A stretch of 28,284 nt of DNA, from the IMG/VR virus record IMGVR_UViG_2713896773_000001; one strand, written 5' to 3'. The stretch comes from a virus. Its lineage: Duplodnaviria > Heunggongvirae > Uroviricota > Caudoviricetes. Positions 27,158 to 28,284 of the stretch are shown here, piece by piece (within the stretch, counting starts at the first letter, position 1; every line of letters starts with the position of its first letter). Position numbers and translations under genes: made by a program. Under the pieces are notes generated by a model. It was given only the letters and a program-made list of their open reading frames with translations. It did not search any database and was not told where the DNA came from.

Positions 27158-28044
27158 TGGCAATAAACAACTTTAAACCTTTCGCGCTTGATCCGAACGC
27201 TAACGTCACCTCACAAGCTGACTGGGAAGCACTTCCGGCTCTGCTTTCAGGGTTTACGGCAGGTAAAGCATCCAGCGCACAGGTCAACAAAGCTATTCGG
27301 CAAGCCAGCTTTATCGCGGCAGCGTTGGCGCAGTACACCGCCAACAAAAGCGGGCTGGATGTGCTTGATGATGGAGACCTGAACGGGTTTATATCCAAAA
27401 TGGGGACCGCTTTCGGGAAAGATTTCCAGGCGCTTGATGCCACGCTGTCGGCATTAGCTGGGCTCGCAACAGGTGCAAATAAACTCCCATATTTCACTGG
27501 AAATGATACAGCAGCGCAGACTGATTTAACTTCTGTTGGCCGTGACATTATTGGGAAAAATACTATTGCTGACATTCTCACATACCTTGGTTTGGGAGAA
27601 GGCTCAGCGTTACCCGTTGGTGTACCTGTTCCGTGGCCTTCAGCCACTCCGCCAACAGGCTGGCTGAAATGCAATGGTGCGCCTTTTTCTGCCGAAGAGT
27701 ATCCGGAACTGGCAAAAGTTTATCCGACAAATGAATTGCCAGATTTACGTGGTGAGTTTATTCGTGGCTGGGATGATGGGCGAGGAGTTGATACGGGGCG
27801 CAGAATTCTGTCTGCTCAGGGGGATGCTATTAGAAATATTACAGGCTGGTTTGGTGCGCACGCCACAGTGGTGGCTAAACCTCCGTTTGTTAAATTTTCT
27901 GCGCCGGAAATAGCAGAAAATGTCGGGGTTGGAGGGGGGAGTACGCGAGACGCTGTCAAACTTGATTTATCGTTATCGGTCCCCACGGCAAGCGAAAACC
28001 GCCCACGCAGTATCGCATTTAACTATATCGTGAGGGCTGCATAA
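27157..28044 (+). CDS. tail fiber protein with phage tail-collar domain
   Basis: PTGWLKCNGAPFSAEEYPELAKVYP...LPDLRGEFIRGWDDGRG matches the tail-collar fiber motif; TAATG coupling. Confidence 0.75.
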   Translation: MAINNFKPFALDPNANVTSQADWEALPALLSGFTAGKASSAQVNKAIRQASFIAAALAQYTANKSGLDVLDDGDLNGFISKMGTAFGKDFQALDATLSALAGLATGANKLPYFTGNDTAAQTDLTSVGRDIIGKNTIADILTYLGLGEGSALPVGVPVPWPSATPPTGWLKCNGAPFSAEEYPELAKVYPTNELPDLRGEFIRGWDDGRGVDTGRRILSAQGDAIRNITGWFGAHATVVAKPPFVKFSAPEIAENVGVGGGSTRDAVKLDLSLSVPTASENRPRSIAFNYIVRAA

Positions 28045-28284
28045 TGACACAGGCAAAATTAAACAGTGAATTTATTGCCACAGTAGCGGGTGATATTACC
28101 GTCTATAACTATGACAACACGACACGGGAATACATTTCATCATCAACAGAATATCTTGCCGTTGGCGTCGGTATCCCGGCATGTTCTTGTTTAGATGCAC
28201 CAGTTACACATAAAGCTGGTTATGCAATCTGCCGTTCTGCAGATTTTAACTCATGGGAATATGTGCCAGACCATCGCGGTGAAA
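28044..28284 (+). CDS. tail fiber assembly protein (Tfa-like), 3'-truncated by the window edge
   Basis: TAATG-coupled to the fiber gene; N-terminal region ending ...WEYVPDHRGE resembles tail fiber assembly chaperones. Confidence 0.55.
   Translation, partial: MTQAKLNSEFIATVAGDITVYNYDNTTREYISSSTEYLAVGVGIPACSCLDAPVTHKAGYAICRSADFNSWEYVPDHRGE

Noticed and set aside
1-28284. CRISPR array, integrase, attachment site, insertion sequence or transposase
   Set aside because: No spaced direct-repeat array, no tyrosine or serine recombinase-like ORF and no terminal inverted repeats were seen; the window appears internal to the phage genome.

Overview
This 28.3-kb window reads as one continuous phage or prophage segment, almost entirely on the + strand and typical of Enterobacteriaceae lambdoid mosaics. 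All calls are made by eye from the sequence and the supplied ORF track; no database search, tRNA scan or fold calculation was run. Order, left to right: (1) an early nin-type region (free-standing C39-like cysteine peptidase, DUF551 protein, two hypotheticals, terminator, NinB, a Cys-rich small protein, RusA resolvase); (2) a Q-like late regulator followed by a candidate late promoter, a short terminated leader, a tRNA-like element and a second terminator; (3) a lambda-type lysis cassette (S holin with MKM dual start, GH24 endolysin, Rz with embedded Rz1 lipoprotein); (4) a Rha regulator plus an HExxH metallopeptidase-like protein; (5) packaging and head genes (small and large terminase, portal, Mu F-like head morphogenesis protein, scaffold-like protein, major capsid); (6) a contractile-tail module (sheath, tube, chaperone with a -1 frameshift extension, tape measure with a C-terminal lytic transglycosylase domain, baseplate proteins, tail fiber, partial tail fiber assembly gene). 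The main accessory signal is an AT-rich cargo island at about 23.24-24.18 kb, inserted between baseplate genes, with a signal-peptide protein, an opposite-strand small membrane-type protein and its own terminators. Two N-runs (931-980 and 5538-5588) lie inside coding regions and make those gene models uncertain. No CRISPR array, integrase, attachment site or rRNA is visible.
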